A stretch of 64,000 nucleotides of DNA from Diplonema japonicum (lineage: Eukaryota > Protista > Euglenozoa: Diplonemea), in the NCBI GenBank assembly GCA_964019335.1, contig OZ025734.1:353685-417684 (forward strand). The letters are read 5' to 3'. The notes under the pieces were generated by a model. It saw only the letters and a list, made by a program, of their open reading frames with translations. It searched no databases and had not been told where the DNA came from. This document shows positions 38,226-49,088 of the stretch, one piece after another; position 1 is the stretch's first letter, and every line of letters begins with the position of its first letter. A program made the position numbers and the translations under genes.

Positions 38226-39678
38226 CTCCCCTTACCACACGTAGGGATCAGGATTGTAAAGAACATAAACCGAAGCCCCAAGGGATGTTGAGCTTGTACT
38301 TTATGGGGGGGAAGGGAGAAACGTTTTTTTTTTTTTTTTTTTGTTTTTTTTTCTTAAAACTTCTATAAAAACAATATGGTAAAGTCAGTTACCCCCCCCC
38401 CCCCCCCCCCCTTCCCTTCTTCTTTTTTTTTCCCTTCAATTTCTTTCTTCTTGCGTGCCTTCGAGCAGGTGTGGGAAGGGGGTGAATTCACAACGAGGGA
38501 AAAGGTTAGAATAATAAATAATTATAAAAAAGAAGAAAAAAAAAAAGCAACAACTTCCCACCAAAGATTTACCTCCTCAGGCCATTTCGAAAGCATCACA
38601 AAGAGGAAAAAAAAAGAAAAGGGCGAACAACACAAAATAAACACACGCGTGAAAGACGCGTCAAAAAGGGAGAGAGGGAGGGAGGGAGGGAGGGAGGGAT
38701 GTCCCCCCCCGCCCTCAAGCCGTAAATAGAAGGAGTATTTCTTTTAAAAAAAAGAATATAAAAAGCATCACGTTCTTCTTCCTTCTTCTTCTTTATTTTT
38801 CTTTTTTATCTCGGGTGCTGAGAATTTAAGGGGGAAAGGGTATTTCTATCATTTCTCCCCCCCCCCCCCCCCTCCTCATTCTTTCATTTTCTTTTCTTTC
38901 TTCTTTCACCCTTGGTTCCACCACACTTGCAGTGAGCCAGGGAAAGGAGCAAAGGAAGGGGAGGGCGGTTTTTTTTTTTTTTTTTTTTTTTTTCCCCTCT
39001 TTAGAATTTAAAAAAAAAAAAAAAGAGATAAGCTACCACGCGAGAATGAAAAAAAGGGAGTAATAGGGAGTAGATAGTCCCCCCTACCTTACCAACGGCT
39101 AAATACAGGTACTTGAAGAGAGAAAGAAAAAGAAAAAAGAGAAGGGGGGGAAAAAAAAAAAGAAGAAAAACACACAACGGTCCAGCCTTACATGGGTCAT
39201 CTTACCCTTTGGGTCTGCAAATAACAGGCCAGGGTTAGTCCCCACGGTAAGAAGGTGGACCTCGTGGGATCAGGGAAAAAAAAGGGGGAGGGGGAGGGGG
39301 GAATGAAAAAAGGAGATATCATTCCAATTTTTTTATGTCAAACAAAAAAAAGAAGAAGGGGGGGGGGTTGAAAAAAGGAAAAGGGAAGAAGAAGAAAAGG
39401 AGAGGGAAAACAGATTTCTTTTTTTAAAAAAGCTCTTTTTTTGTTTGTCTTCTAAAAAAGTTTTTTTTTTTTCTCTTGCACCTCGACTTTCTAGTCAAGT
39501 TTTTTTTATTTAAAAGGAAAAGCGGTTGCCCCAGAGGGCTGCTTGGGAGCGTTAGAGGATAATGCGGAATGTGAAGGGAACGGGGGGACATTATAAAAAA
39601 AAACCCTCCTCCGCCCATTGCCACCTATACTCACTAGGCGGGGGGAGGGGGGAGTTATTTTTCTTTTCTTTTTTTTTT

Positions 39679-40806
39679 TTACTGCTGCAGCATCGCCGCA
39701 CGTGCTGCGATAGCGTTGCGCCGCTTCTCGTCACGAGAGTCGGGTGACAACGGCTCAGAGTAGAAGAGAGATTTAGAGTTGGTACTGGATTTTTTTTTTT
39801 TTAAAAAACTGTCTTCATACCCGCAGCTAAGCGCGCTTCCAAACTCCAACAGCACCCCCCAGGGTGCTACAAAAAGCATCCTGTCCCACACCCAAGGGAG
39901 AAGAATGTACAGTGCCCCGCACATAGCAGTGCCGGCGATAATGAGAGGCGCAAAGGCACTGACTGCCCATGTGGTGGCTGAGATGCAACGGGAGAGGAGC
40001 GACGGTGTGCCCACCCTAGTGCAGATCTTCTCCACACCGAAAAGCTTCACCCACGAGGTCATGACGAGGGCCGGTCCCAGCCCAGCCGCGACAGGCACCA
40101 GCATGAAGCCTCCATAGGACAGTGCGATGGTTGTGATCTCCTCCACGAAGTCTCTGTACAGCATGCACGCCACCTCTCCCACGCCCTCCCAGAACACAAA
40201 GCCTCCCAAAGGGTTGAGAGGGGATGTGCTCTCCTTCTGCTTTGACATCCCTCTCAGCTGTCCTGCAAAGATGCCGTGTGCACAGATAGCCAGCAGCCGC
40301 AGAGACTGCTGGTCGCGCATGGCGTCGTTTGAGTAGCACCCGCCCACAATCCCTATCAAGAAGGACAGCACGGGGTAAAGTGCCGACAAGCGGTGGATCT
40401 TCAGTGCCTCCTTCGCTACCGAGACCGCAAAGCAAGCGCACAGTATGGCGGTAGGAAGGAACTGCAGGCCGCCGAGCTCTTCTGATATGCTCGGCATGCG
40501 CATGCCCCACAGCCAGAAGAAGGGTGCGTAGCACAGCAAGGCCAGCACAAATCGTCCCAAGCGCACCCTGCCAGCTTCGTTGATAGGCTCACGCTTCACG
40601 GTACGCTTCTTCCTCTTCTTCACCGTCTTGTCCCTGGGTACGTAGGTGTACGGCTGCGAGCTGCCCGAGCCAAGGCTGCCATTGTCAAGCGACACCTGAC
40701 TCCCCGGCGAGCTCGGAGGGGTTAGACTCCCTGAGCTCCCTGATCGCAGTCCTTCAGGAACACCTTCAGGGGTGCTCTGGCGCAGCCTTCTTGTAGTGTC
40801 AGTCAT
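39679..40806 (-). CDS. Hypothetical multi-pass membrane protein
   Basis: 375-aa ORF, Ser-rich N-terminus followed by several hydrophobic helices. Confidence 0.78.
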   Translation of the reverse strand: MTDTTRRLRQSTPEGVPEGLRSGSSGSLTPPSSPGSQVSLDNGSLGSGSSQPYTYVPRDKTVKKRKKRTVKREPINEAGRVRLGRFVLALLCYAPFFWLWGMRMPSISEELGGLQFLPTAILCACFAVSVAKEALKIHRLSALYPVLSFLIGIVGGCYSNDAMRDQQSLRLLAICAHGIFAGQLRGMSKQKESTSPLNPLGGFVFWEGVGEVACMLYRDFVEEITTIALSYGGFMLVPVAAGLGPALVMTSWVKLFGVEKICTRVGTPSLLSRCISATTWAVSAFAPLIIAGTAMCGALYILLPWVWDRMLFVAPWGVLLEFGSALSCGYEDSFLKKKKSSTNSKSLFYSEPLSPDSRDEKRRNAIAARAAMLQQ

Positions 40807-40975
40807 TTCTTTTTTTTATTTATTCTTTTTTTTTTTCCGGGGGAAGGGAAGTAAAAGAGTATTTTTTTTTTTCTCTAAACAAAAAAAAAATTAAGTGTAC
40901 TCCCTGCCCTGTGTCTTGCGGTGGAGTTAGTGCTGTAAAAAGAAAAAAGGGAAACAAAAGAAAATTAAAACAAGG

Positions 40976-41980
40976 TCACTGCCTGCCAAGAATCTTCTCC
41001 AGCTTGCGCGGCAGCGCGTAACAAGCGGTGTGCACATCAGAAGTATAGTACTCAGTCCCGATGGACTTCGCATGCCATGCAGCAGCGTCGACGCTTCGTA
41101 GGTCATCAGAAGCAACCGCGAAGGAGTAGTGCCCGGAGAGGAAGGTGGACACATGGAAGTGGCACAGATAAACATCCTTGAACATTTTGCGGAGCTGCAG
41201 GACGATAGTAGAGACGGTGTCTGAGTCCCAGCTGGGCGAGTCGAGGTTTCTCACCAGTATGCCGTCGGGAGTCATCTTATTCTTCATGTCTTTGTAGAAA
41301 GCAGTCAAGAACAAAGGGCCGGAGGAGCCACCACAGTCGCCCAAGGTCTCCTCTGTGATCCCCCCTGTGGGGACCTCCATGCCGTTCTCGCAGTCGGTGG
41401 CATCGACTACTACTATATCGTACAAGTGCTTCGTGTGCTGGATGAACTCAGCAGCACATGCTTGATGTTGTACCACACGGCTGTCCTCAAAACCTTGCTT
41501 GAAGTGTGGGAACCACTTGACAGCTATGTCTCGAACTGCGCGAAGGTCGATGTCCACAATGTCGATGTGTGACAGTGGTGCGTGTTGCACAGCACGCAGC
41601 AGGCACCCGCCGTCGCCACCCCCTATGATCAACATTTTCTCAGCATTTGGGAAGTGCCCCATCGGGACGTGCACCATCATCTCATGGTAGGCTGCCTCAT
41701 CGTACTCCACCACCTGCACCGTCCCGTCGATCATCAGAATCTTCCCGAACATCACATGGCTGTACACTTCCAGCTTCTGTCCAAAACCTGAAGAAGCTTC
41801 ATCTTCCTTGCGTTCATACACAAGCATTTGCCCTACCTTCTCTTCCTTTTGACACTCCACGATCACGCCTTCACCTCTCCAAAGCACCACCACACCATCG
41901 CCGCCACATTCGATAAATCGCATGCTTAGTTGCGTCGCAAGCACCGCTGCCAGCACCACAGCTGCCACAAGCACTTTCAT
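40976..41980 (-). CDS. Spermidine synthase-like aminopropyltransferase with N-terminal signal/anchor
   Basis: FGKILMIDG.VQ..E.DE..YHEMMVH.PM, LIIGGGDGG, YDIVVVDATD. Start MKVLVAAVVLAAVLA after ctcacacAG. Confidence 0.9.
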   Translation of the reverse strand: MKVLVAAVVLAAVLATQLSMRFIECGGDGVVVLWRGEGVIVECQKEEKVGQMLVYERKEDEASSGFGQKLEVYSHVMFGKILMIDGTVQVVEYDEAAYHEMMVHVPMGHFPNAEKMLIIGGGDGGCLLRAVQHAPLSHIDIVDIDLRAVRDIAVKWFPHFKQGFEDSRVVQHQACAAEFIQHTKHLYDIVVVDATDCENGMEVPTGGITEETLGDCGGSSGPLFLTAFYKDMKNKMTPDGILVRNLDSPSWDSDTVSTIVLQLRKMFKDVYLCHFHVSTFLSGHYSFAVASDDLRSVDAAAWHAKSIGTEYYTSDVHTACYALPRKLEKILGRQ

Positions 41981-42073
41981 TGTTCTCTGTGTGAGGTGAA
42001 GTAAAAATGATGTACGAGACACGAACAGGCGACATCGCCATAACTATCTAAGGTCTATATTAATCTATATCTT

Positions 42074-45016
42074 CTACTGCGGGGCAGCACGGTGCATGCC
42101 GTCCCTCGGTGGCAAGGGTGACGTGGCACGCACCATCTGCTTTAGCCGATCGAGCTTCACGTCAGTACCACCGTGCAACACGTTCCCAGGCAGCCCGTAC
42201 GACATGTTGAGGTCGTTGATGATCTCATCCGTCTTCGCCAGCCGCTCACGCTGCCTATCGGTCAGCGTACCGTAACTATGGAAAGCCCCTTCCGCAGCTC
42301 CAACACTTCGGTCGTCCCTTCCTACAGGAGGGCTGACCATCTTGTGCGTCACTAAAGGGCTGTTTACCGGTGTTGATCTCTCCGAAGCAAGTGTAGGGAA
42401 CGGGAAGTCTTGGCCAGGTGCCTTCCTATCCAGTGCGAAGTGCCGTCGAGGGAGCTCCTGGAACAGCTCACGATTTGTCACCTCAGAGAAACCCTGTTGC
42501 CGGAATGAGGTGTCTGGTGCAGACACTGGAACAAGCTCAGGCGTGTGGCGGGGTCGCTGATGGTGCTCGGGAATTTGCTGGTACAGTTGCTGCATGGACT
42601 CTGGCATCTGGGGTGGCGGGAAGGTTGTGTGCACGAGGCCGACTTTGTCCGGTCCTGGTATCTGCACAGGGGGGATAGGCACGCGAGGCCGGTCGGGAAT
42701 CTGCTGGTAAAGCTCTTGAGACGTTTGCACTGGCTCAGGCATTGCGTGATACAATTGCTGGGGCGAGTGGTGCTCAGGTTGGTAAAACTCCCCACCTGCA
42801 TGCACGAAGGCCGGCTGCTGAGGCGCCTGAGACATAGGAACGTACTCGGGGGCGCTCTGGATAAGGACAGTTTGGGGGGCCTGAGTTTCCATGTAGTGTG
42901 AGGGTGCATGTGTCTCTCGGCTATCTTCGGGATGTGCCCCCGCGTGTGTGTGCATTTCAGGCTTGCGTGGCAGAACAGGGAGCAAACTCGAGGGCGCATT
43001 AGCAGATGCAGCAATATGTCTTGCTTCCGCTTGGTGCAGCTCCTCAAGGAGGGTGTTGATGGAGTGGCTTGCAGGGGTAGGGTGGTAGATATCTGCGGAC
43101 GTGCTACGCAGCTTGTCCAAGACATCACTGTGGGGGGCGCCAGGGCGGGAGACGTGGGGAGGCTTGTCTTGTGCTCGTTTGGCCCTCACAAGAGTTTTCT
43201 TCTGTTTTTGGGGGGTGCCTCTGACAGCATTTGGGGGGCGTGGTGACATTTTGTTCAAGGTGGCGGGCGGGGTCGGAGATGTCCTCCCGACCTGGCCTCG
43301 TTGAACACGTGCCTTTCTTGCGTCCCTGGTAGCCGCACCGTCCACTGTCAGGTTGGTGTCGTCTAGCCCCAGGTGCAGGGCATACGACCGCTTGATCCCA
43401 TTGATGGTGAAGGTGCCACATCGAAGAAGGCGGCGGAGCTCGGCAGCGATATCCTCCTCCTTGTCCTCCGTGACCTGTATGTCGAAGACGATCCTGTTGG
43501 CGACGGGGTTCACGTCTATGTCTGCGACGCTGTCGGGGGTGACGTTGTGCTTCATCAAGTTGCCGCAGACATCCTCACGCACAGCACCCTCGAACATCTG
43601 CTTCCGAGCTGCGGGCAGCGTCGGGTACATAGAGAAATCAACTCCCCTGAACACAACAGCACCCCTCACGCGGACTCCAGGCTCGAACGCATCAAAGTGC
43701 ACGCCAGTCAGCTTCTTACTTGACACAGGTGTCACCCTCTCCCTCTCCCGCCACGACTTATCAATGGGATCTTCTTCTTCCGTTTCCTGCACCACACGTG
43801 GCCCAGCACCCATCAAGTCTTCTTCTATTTCCGACAGCAATGATATCTTCAACCCGGTGTCATCTACCTCCTCTTCGCTTGCAAGCACCTGCTCCGCAGA
43901 GATCATATCCGACATCCGAGTCATCTCCAGCGTGGTGTCCGCATCCTGTTGTCCCACGTATTTAATCGGCATCTTCACAGCCACCCCAGCTGGTGTCTTG
44001 GGCTGCGTGCTGGGAGGCATCACAAGTGGTGCTGGCCGCGGGAACCTTTCCTTCGCACCCCCCGCAGTGGTGCCGGCGCTAGTGAACGTAGGCTCTTCGT
44101 CTGTAACTTCCTCATCGGCAGGACTCACTGGCTCGGGGCTGTTATTCCGCCTCCTCCTTCGTCCCCGCTTGCCAGGAGACTTAGATTTTCCCTTCGGTGG
44201 TGGATCCTTGAGCAGTGGCTGCTCTGGTTGTGTCTCTACCTGTGGCGGGTCCACAAGAGGGTCCACACGGGGCGGGGGCGGGGCTATCACGTCAGGTGCT
44301 TCTTTATGAGGGATAGATGCAGGTGGGGGCGGGCCCTTTTGGAGGGGCTCGGTGGGCGCAACAGGGTGTGCTTGTTCAGGTCCTTCAAGGCGGGGTTCTG
44401 ATGGCATGGGGACAGGAAGTGCGGGTGGGACAGACGGAACAGTGGAAGGTGCCCCGCGTGACCGTTGGGCGGCGTTCAGTAAGGCTAGCAAGTTTTCTTT
44501 TTCCCTGCGGATATCCGCTGCGGTTCCGGGTCGCAGCGACTCAGAGAGGTGCACTAGAACCCGGCCCTTCTCCAAGTACTCTACTCGCTGCTGCTCGGGC
44601 ATCCCACCGACGTCGATGTTCGACCTCACCGCCATCGACTGTATCTGCTGGTCCTGACGCTGCCGCTCGACCTGCTGCTGTGGTGGCAACATCGACATCC
44701 TCACATCGGCCGCCTGCCGCCACAAATGGGCATCCTGCGTCCTGTCAACATCCATCCGCGCCCTGCCCTCTCTCTCCAGCACGATGTTCCGCTTCATCTC
44801 TAGCAAGTCCTCCCCAGGCACGCTGAGCTCGCTGCCCCACTCTTCTATCCGCAGCAGCTTCGCTCCATCTACTTTCTTTTTCTTCATCACAGACCGCACT
44901 GCTTTAGGAATGCCCTCCTTCTTCGACCAGAACTGCACCTCACCACAAGTCCACTCACGCATTGGTGCATCTTTGGGGTCCTGCTTGTCGCTTTTCGCAA
45001 AACAGCTCCATCCCAT
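42074..45016 (-). CDS. SAM-domain, Pro/Gln-rich protein with N-terminal dual-acylation motif
   Basis: Start MGWSCF (Gly2, Cys5); SAM-like EWTCGEVQFW...VDGAKLL. The longer ORF start lies inside an RNA module and is unlikely. Confidence 0.82.
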   Translation of the reverse strand: MGWSCFAKSDKQDPKDAPMREWTCGEVQFWSKKEGIPKAVRSVMKKKKVDGAKLLRIEEWGSELSVPGEDLLEMKRNIVLEREGRARMDVDRTQDAHLWRQAADVRMSMLPPQQQVERQRQDQQIQSMAVRSNIDVGGMPEQQRVEYLEKGRVLVHLSESLRPGTAADIRREKENLLALLNAAQRSRGAPSTVPSVPPALPVPMPSEPRLEGPEQAHPVAPTEPLQKGPPPPASIPHKEAPDVIAPPPPRVDPLVDPPQVETQPEQPLLKDPPPKGKSKSPGKRGRRRRRNNSPEPVSPADEEVTDEEPTFTSAGTTAGGAKERFPRPAPLVMPPSTQPKTPAGVAVKMPIKYVGQQDADTTLEMTRMSDMISAEQVLASEEEVDDTGLKISLLSEIEEDLMGAGPRVVQETEEEDPIDKSWRERERVTPVSSKKLTGVHFDAFEPGVRVRGAVVFRGVDFSMYPTLPAARKQMFEGAVREDVCGNLMKHNVTPDSVADIDVNPVANRIVFDIQVTEDKEEDIAAELRRLLRCGTFTINGIKRSYALHLGLDDTNLTVDGAATRDARKARVQRGQVGRTSPTPPATLNKMSPRPPNAVRGTPQKQKKTLVRAKRAQDKPPHVSRPGAPHSDVLDKLRSTSADIYHPTPASHSINTLLEELHQAEARHIAASANAPSSLLPVLPRKPEMHTHAGAHPEDSRETHAPSHYMETQAPQTVLIQSAPEYVPMSQAPQQPAFVHAGGEFYQPEHHSPQQLYHAMPEPVQTSQELYQQIPDRPRVPIPPVQIPGPDKVGLVHTTFPPPQMPESMQQLYQQIPEHHQRPRHTPELVPVSAPDTSFRQQGFSEVTNRELFQELPRRHFALDRKAPGQDFPFPTLASERSTPVNSPLVTHKMVSPPVGRDDRSVGAAEGAFHSYGTLTDRQRERLAKTDEIINDLNMSYGLPGNVLHGGTDVKLDRLKQMVRATSPLPPRDGMHRAAPQ

Positions 45017-45118
45017 TTCGCTACATGTGTTGCCTGACTTTAGGTGATAACATAAAAGATCAGCTGGCGGCCACGAGCGGACAAAAACCACACTGCAGTG
45101 ATGGATGCCAACAAGTAC

Positions 45119-45526
45119 AAATCTCAGAGAGGACAAGTCACGGTGCACTCCGCAAAGGGGTCATCAGAGGCCGTGTGCAAAACTCTTATTGTGAAATCAG
45201 CGACAACAAAAAAGTAAAAAACGGATAAGCCCAACCCTCAACAGCGTGTTGCAGAGTCTGAAGTACAGGGCAGTGCCTCACCTCGTGACGAAGAGTTCTC
45301 ATCGTCCTTCGAAATGTCATATCTGACACAAGCGCGAAGACCTAACGCTGCACAGGTGTCTGTCGCATCAACGAAAGGCGCTTAAGCTGTGTGGGCCGTC
45401 TCTTTTAGGATTCATCTCAGAGAGGACAAGTCACGGTGCACTCCGCAAAGGGGTCATCAGAGGCCGTGTGCAAAACTCTTATGGTTTTCAGCTGCTGCGT
45501 ATCAAGATTTTATTCCTTTTTATCTT

Positions 45527-45562
<36 letters not shown>

Positions 45563-46280
45563 CTTTTGGGGTTCTTTTGTTCAGAAGGAATCCAACTTTT
45601 CAAAAATATCGATCTCAGCTGGAAAAGGAGAACCCTTTCCATCGAGTGGTTAATTAAACATGTATTTTGAACGATCATCATTTTTGCAAAACCAGCAACA
45701 CCGGACTTAGCAGAAATGCAACAGCCAAGTGTGCACCATAGATAACACATCTCAGAGAGGACAAGTCACGGTGCACTCCGCAAAGGGGTCATCGGAGGCC
45801 GTGTGCAAAACTCTTATGGTTTTCAGCAGCCGCGTATCAAAAGAAATTTCCATTCTCTTGTTCTATTTTCCCATGGCATGGTTGTTTTCAGAAGGAATCC
45901 AACTTTTTCAAAAATATCGATCTCAGCTGGAAAAGGAGAACCCTTTCCATCGAGTGGTTAATTAAACATGTATTTTGAACGATCATCATTTTTGCAAAAA
46001 CCCAACACACAGCCAAGTAGATCACATCAGCAACAAGATAAGGTATAATCGGATAAGCCCAACCCTCAACAGCGTGTTGCAGAGGTTCTAAGAGGTTCTC
46101 ATCGCCCTTCGAAATGTCATATCTGACACAAGCGCGAAGACCTAACGCTGCACAGGTGTCTGTCGCAGCAACGAAAGGCGCTTAAGCTGTGTGGGCCGTC
46201 TCTTTTAGGATTCATCTCAGAGAGGACAAGTCACGGTGCACTCCGCAAGGGGGTCATCAGAGGCCGTGTGCAAAACTCTT
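45119..46280 (-). ncRNA. Tandem snoRNA-like cluster 2; order A-B-D-C-A-C-A-B-D-A
   Basis: Same four modules as 224-966, near-identical, in a different order and number. Confidence 0.8.
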
Positions 46281-47834
46281 TTCCAACTGCACCAGTGATC
46301 GTGAGCAGTAAATTAATTTTTTTTTTTTTTTTTTATTTTAATAATAAGAAAAAAATGGTGGAAGCAAATTAGAAACAAGGAGAAGAAAAAAAAGAGGAGG
46401 TTTGGACAAGAAAGGGGGAGGGGTGCGAGGGGAAAGCGACATTTCTTTTTCTTTTTTTTTTTTTTTTTAACTTGTCTCTTCTTTCTTCTTCATACTTAAA
46501 ATGTAGAAGAAGAAACTTAACATGCAAAATGAATCTTTTTTTTTTTTTGACACACCCCGAACCCCGAACCCACAGGTGTGTAGACCTGTAAAAGCCCACA
46601 AGCAGACTTTTTTGAATGCCTGCTCCCATCTGCTCTCAGGCAGCTGGGATATCTGTATCTCCCTTTTTGTTTTAAAAAAAAATTGGGGCCTTGATTGCAG
46701 CACTAAGTGGCGTTAAGTGTGCAAAAATAAAAAAGCCCACTCTTCCAAGACGGAACTAAACTAAACACAATAAAGATTTCAAGAACAGGGGAGATGAAGA
46801 TAAAAAAAACCAAAAATATATCCTTCGCAAGGTGCACATTTTTTTTCCCCCCCCTTTTTTTTCTTTCCCCTCCGCCCAACTCTTTTTTTTTCACAAGAAA
46901 AAAATAAAAGTGCTAGCATCTTAACAGCTTTAGTAGTACTACTCTTTTTTTTGTTCCTACAAAAGACTGAGCAGTACTTGTTGAATACAAAAAAAAAAGA
47001 GAAAAAGAAAGCGCACAAGCTTGGTACAATCCCAAAGGTGTCTACAGGAAGCCATTGATGTACCAGTAAGCTGTATTTCTTGGTCTTTCCGGTCTCAGGA
47101 ATCAGGAAGGGGGGGGGGGGGGGGGGGGATAGTATGACAAAGAATGGGGAGGACGGGAAAGGGAATAGGAGTGAAATGGTAATGTGTGTTTTGCCCCGTC
47201 AACATCAAGTCGCTTCAACTTGGTTCTTTTTTTTTTTTTTTTTTTTCGGTCCCCTTGTTGGTTGCTTTTCGCACGGAACGGAATAAGAGGGGGGGAGGGG
47301 AGATAGAAAAGATTACAAAATATAAATAATAGGCGACACCAATTGTTTTGCCAAAAGTGTTCTGACACCCAAAGAAAAAAGGGAGAATCGGCTTACGACT
47401 TGTTTAATCTTTTTTTTTTTTTTTTTTTGCTTGTTTTTTTTTCCCCCTTTTGTTTCCCTTTGTTGAAAAAGAACGAGTTGGGAGAAGAAAAAAAGACCGG
47501 AAGAGAGAAAACGATTTTTTTTTTTCCATCTCTTTTTTGCTTTTTTTTTTTTCTTCCTTTGCTGCGGCGCACTCGCCCGACGGACTGCAGGACATTTGAA
47601 GGCGAAGTGGGGAGTGAAGCGAAAAAGGAGCGGCAAAAAAAAGGGGGGGGGAGGGGAGAGAAAATCTTTTCATTGCCAAAAGAGAAAAAGGAGAAAAAAC
47701 AGGGGGTGTAGAACATAACAGAGAAGAAGGCCTCAGGCAGCGCTCACTTGGTACGGAACATCCCTATGTACATTAAAGAAGGAGTCCTTCTTCTGTTACT
47801 GCCTGTCTGCAGTTTATGTCCATATGTACAACTA

Positions 47835-48578
47835 TTAAACGAAGCCCATCGAGGTTAGCCTCCCGCCACCCCGTGCAGTGAGGTCAGGGGGCAAGGGGTG
47901 GTTGATGAGCCGCGGCAGACGTGAGGGCTGCGACGAGTTCTGGACGGAAGGGATGGGAGACCGTGAGGGCCGTGTGGCGGAAGCGAGTGTCCCCACTGTC
48001 GTGGGCGGTGTGTCTTTTGTTGCTGAGAACCCGCAGGAGCGTAGCCGCTGTTCTAGTATCTCTACCGTGCGTTCGCGTACCAGCAGCTCGTCTTCCTTCT
48101 GCTGTAACTTCCTCTGCAGCTCCCTCTGTTGATCGACCTCTGCCTTCAATGTATCACCCGCAAGCTTCAACGCTTGTGCTAGTTCTGCACACTTCTCCTG
48201 ACTGTCCCTGCTTCTGTCTTGCTCCAGCCTCAGTTCCCTTGTTGCCGCTGCCAGATGCGACTCCAGCTGCCCCAGTCGGGACAGCAGGGAGTCGTAAGCC
48301 GCCCTTGCAACTAGTTTGTCGTCAGGCTGCACTCCGAAGAACAGGCCGATGCTGTCTGCAGTCTTCTTCTCCTCTTCCTCTTCCGGGCTGGGCCTCTGCT
48401 CGCCGGCTGCCGCCTTGCTGCGCTCCTCCTCTGCCCTTCGTCTCCTTTCTTTGTTTTGCAGGTGCGCGCCGTCTAATGTGAGCACCTCTTCCTCTTCCTC
48501 TTCCTCGTCACCCAAGCTGCTCAGCTTGTCCTCCAAGTGGTTCGCTGCGGACGCCGGGGAGCACCGTCCCGACGACAT
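47835..48578 (-). CDS. Coiled-coil hypothetical protein
   Basis: Likely start MSSGRCSP; acidic tracts and a heptad region. Confidence 0.78.
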   Translation of the reverse strand: MSSGRCSPASAANHLEDKLSSLGDEEEEEEEVLTLDGAHLQNKERRRRAEEERSKAAAGEQRPSPEEEEEKKTADSIGLFFGVQPDDKLVARAAYDSLLSRLGQLESHLAAATRELRLEQDRSRDSQEKCAELAQALKLAGDTLKAEVDQQRELQRKLQQKEDELLVRERTVEILEQRLRSCGFSATKDTPPTTVGTLASATRPSRSPIPSVQNSSQPSRLPRLINHPLPPDLTARGGGRLTSMGFV

Positions 48579-49088
48579 TTTCCACTGTGGTGATGTGAAG
48601 GTTGTAAGCAAAAAGAGGAAAGAACAAAAAAGGCAATTTAGCATGCAGTAAGCAAAGAAAAAAAAACACCAAGACGGAAGAAACCTTTGGGAAAGTGTCC
48701 TGGGCTAAAAATACTGGAGATGGTGCGAAGTCGCAGAAGAAATCAAAAAGAAAACCGAGGGACACTTGGGGTGGGTCGTTTTTTTTTTTTTTTTTTTTTT
48801 TTCTTTTTTTCTTTTTTTTTTTTTCTCTTCTACGAGGCAATTAATACAAAGCACATCGACATAAACTGTTGTTTCTTTTTCATTTCTACGTTTTCTTCTT
48901 AAAAACCAAAAGTCATGCGGCATAGTGCTACACTAGAAAACACCATATCTCCGGTATTGTAGCCCAGGACACGTTCTAAAAATTTCTCATCCACCTCAGT
49001 GATTTTATGAGGAAGCAGAGTTCATGACAACACGTATAAAAAATTTGACTAAAAGGAATTATTTAGGACGAACATGCGCCCCTGAGCT

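Noticed and set aside
36950-39670. Short ORFs and a possible micro-exon gene in the 2.7-kb intergenic region
   Set aside because: The ORFs are translations of homopolymer tracts (poly-F/K/G), and no consistent exon chain could be assembled.
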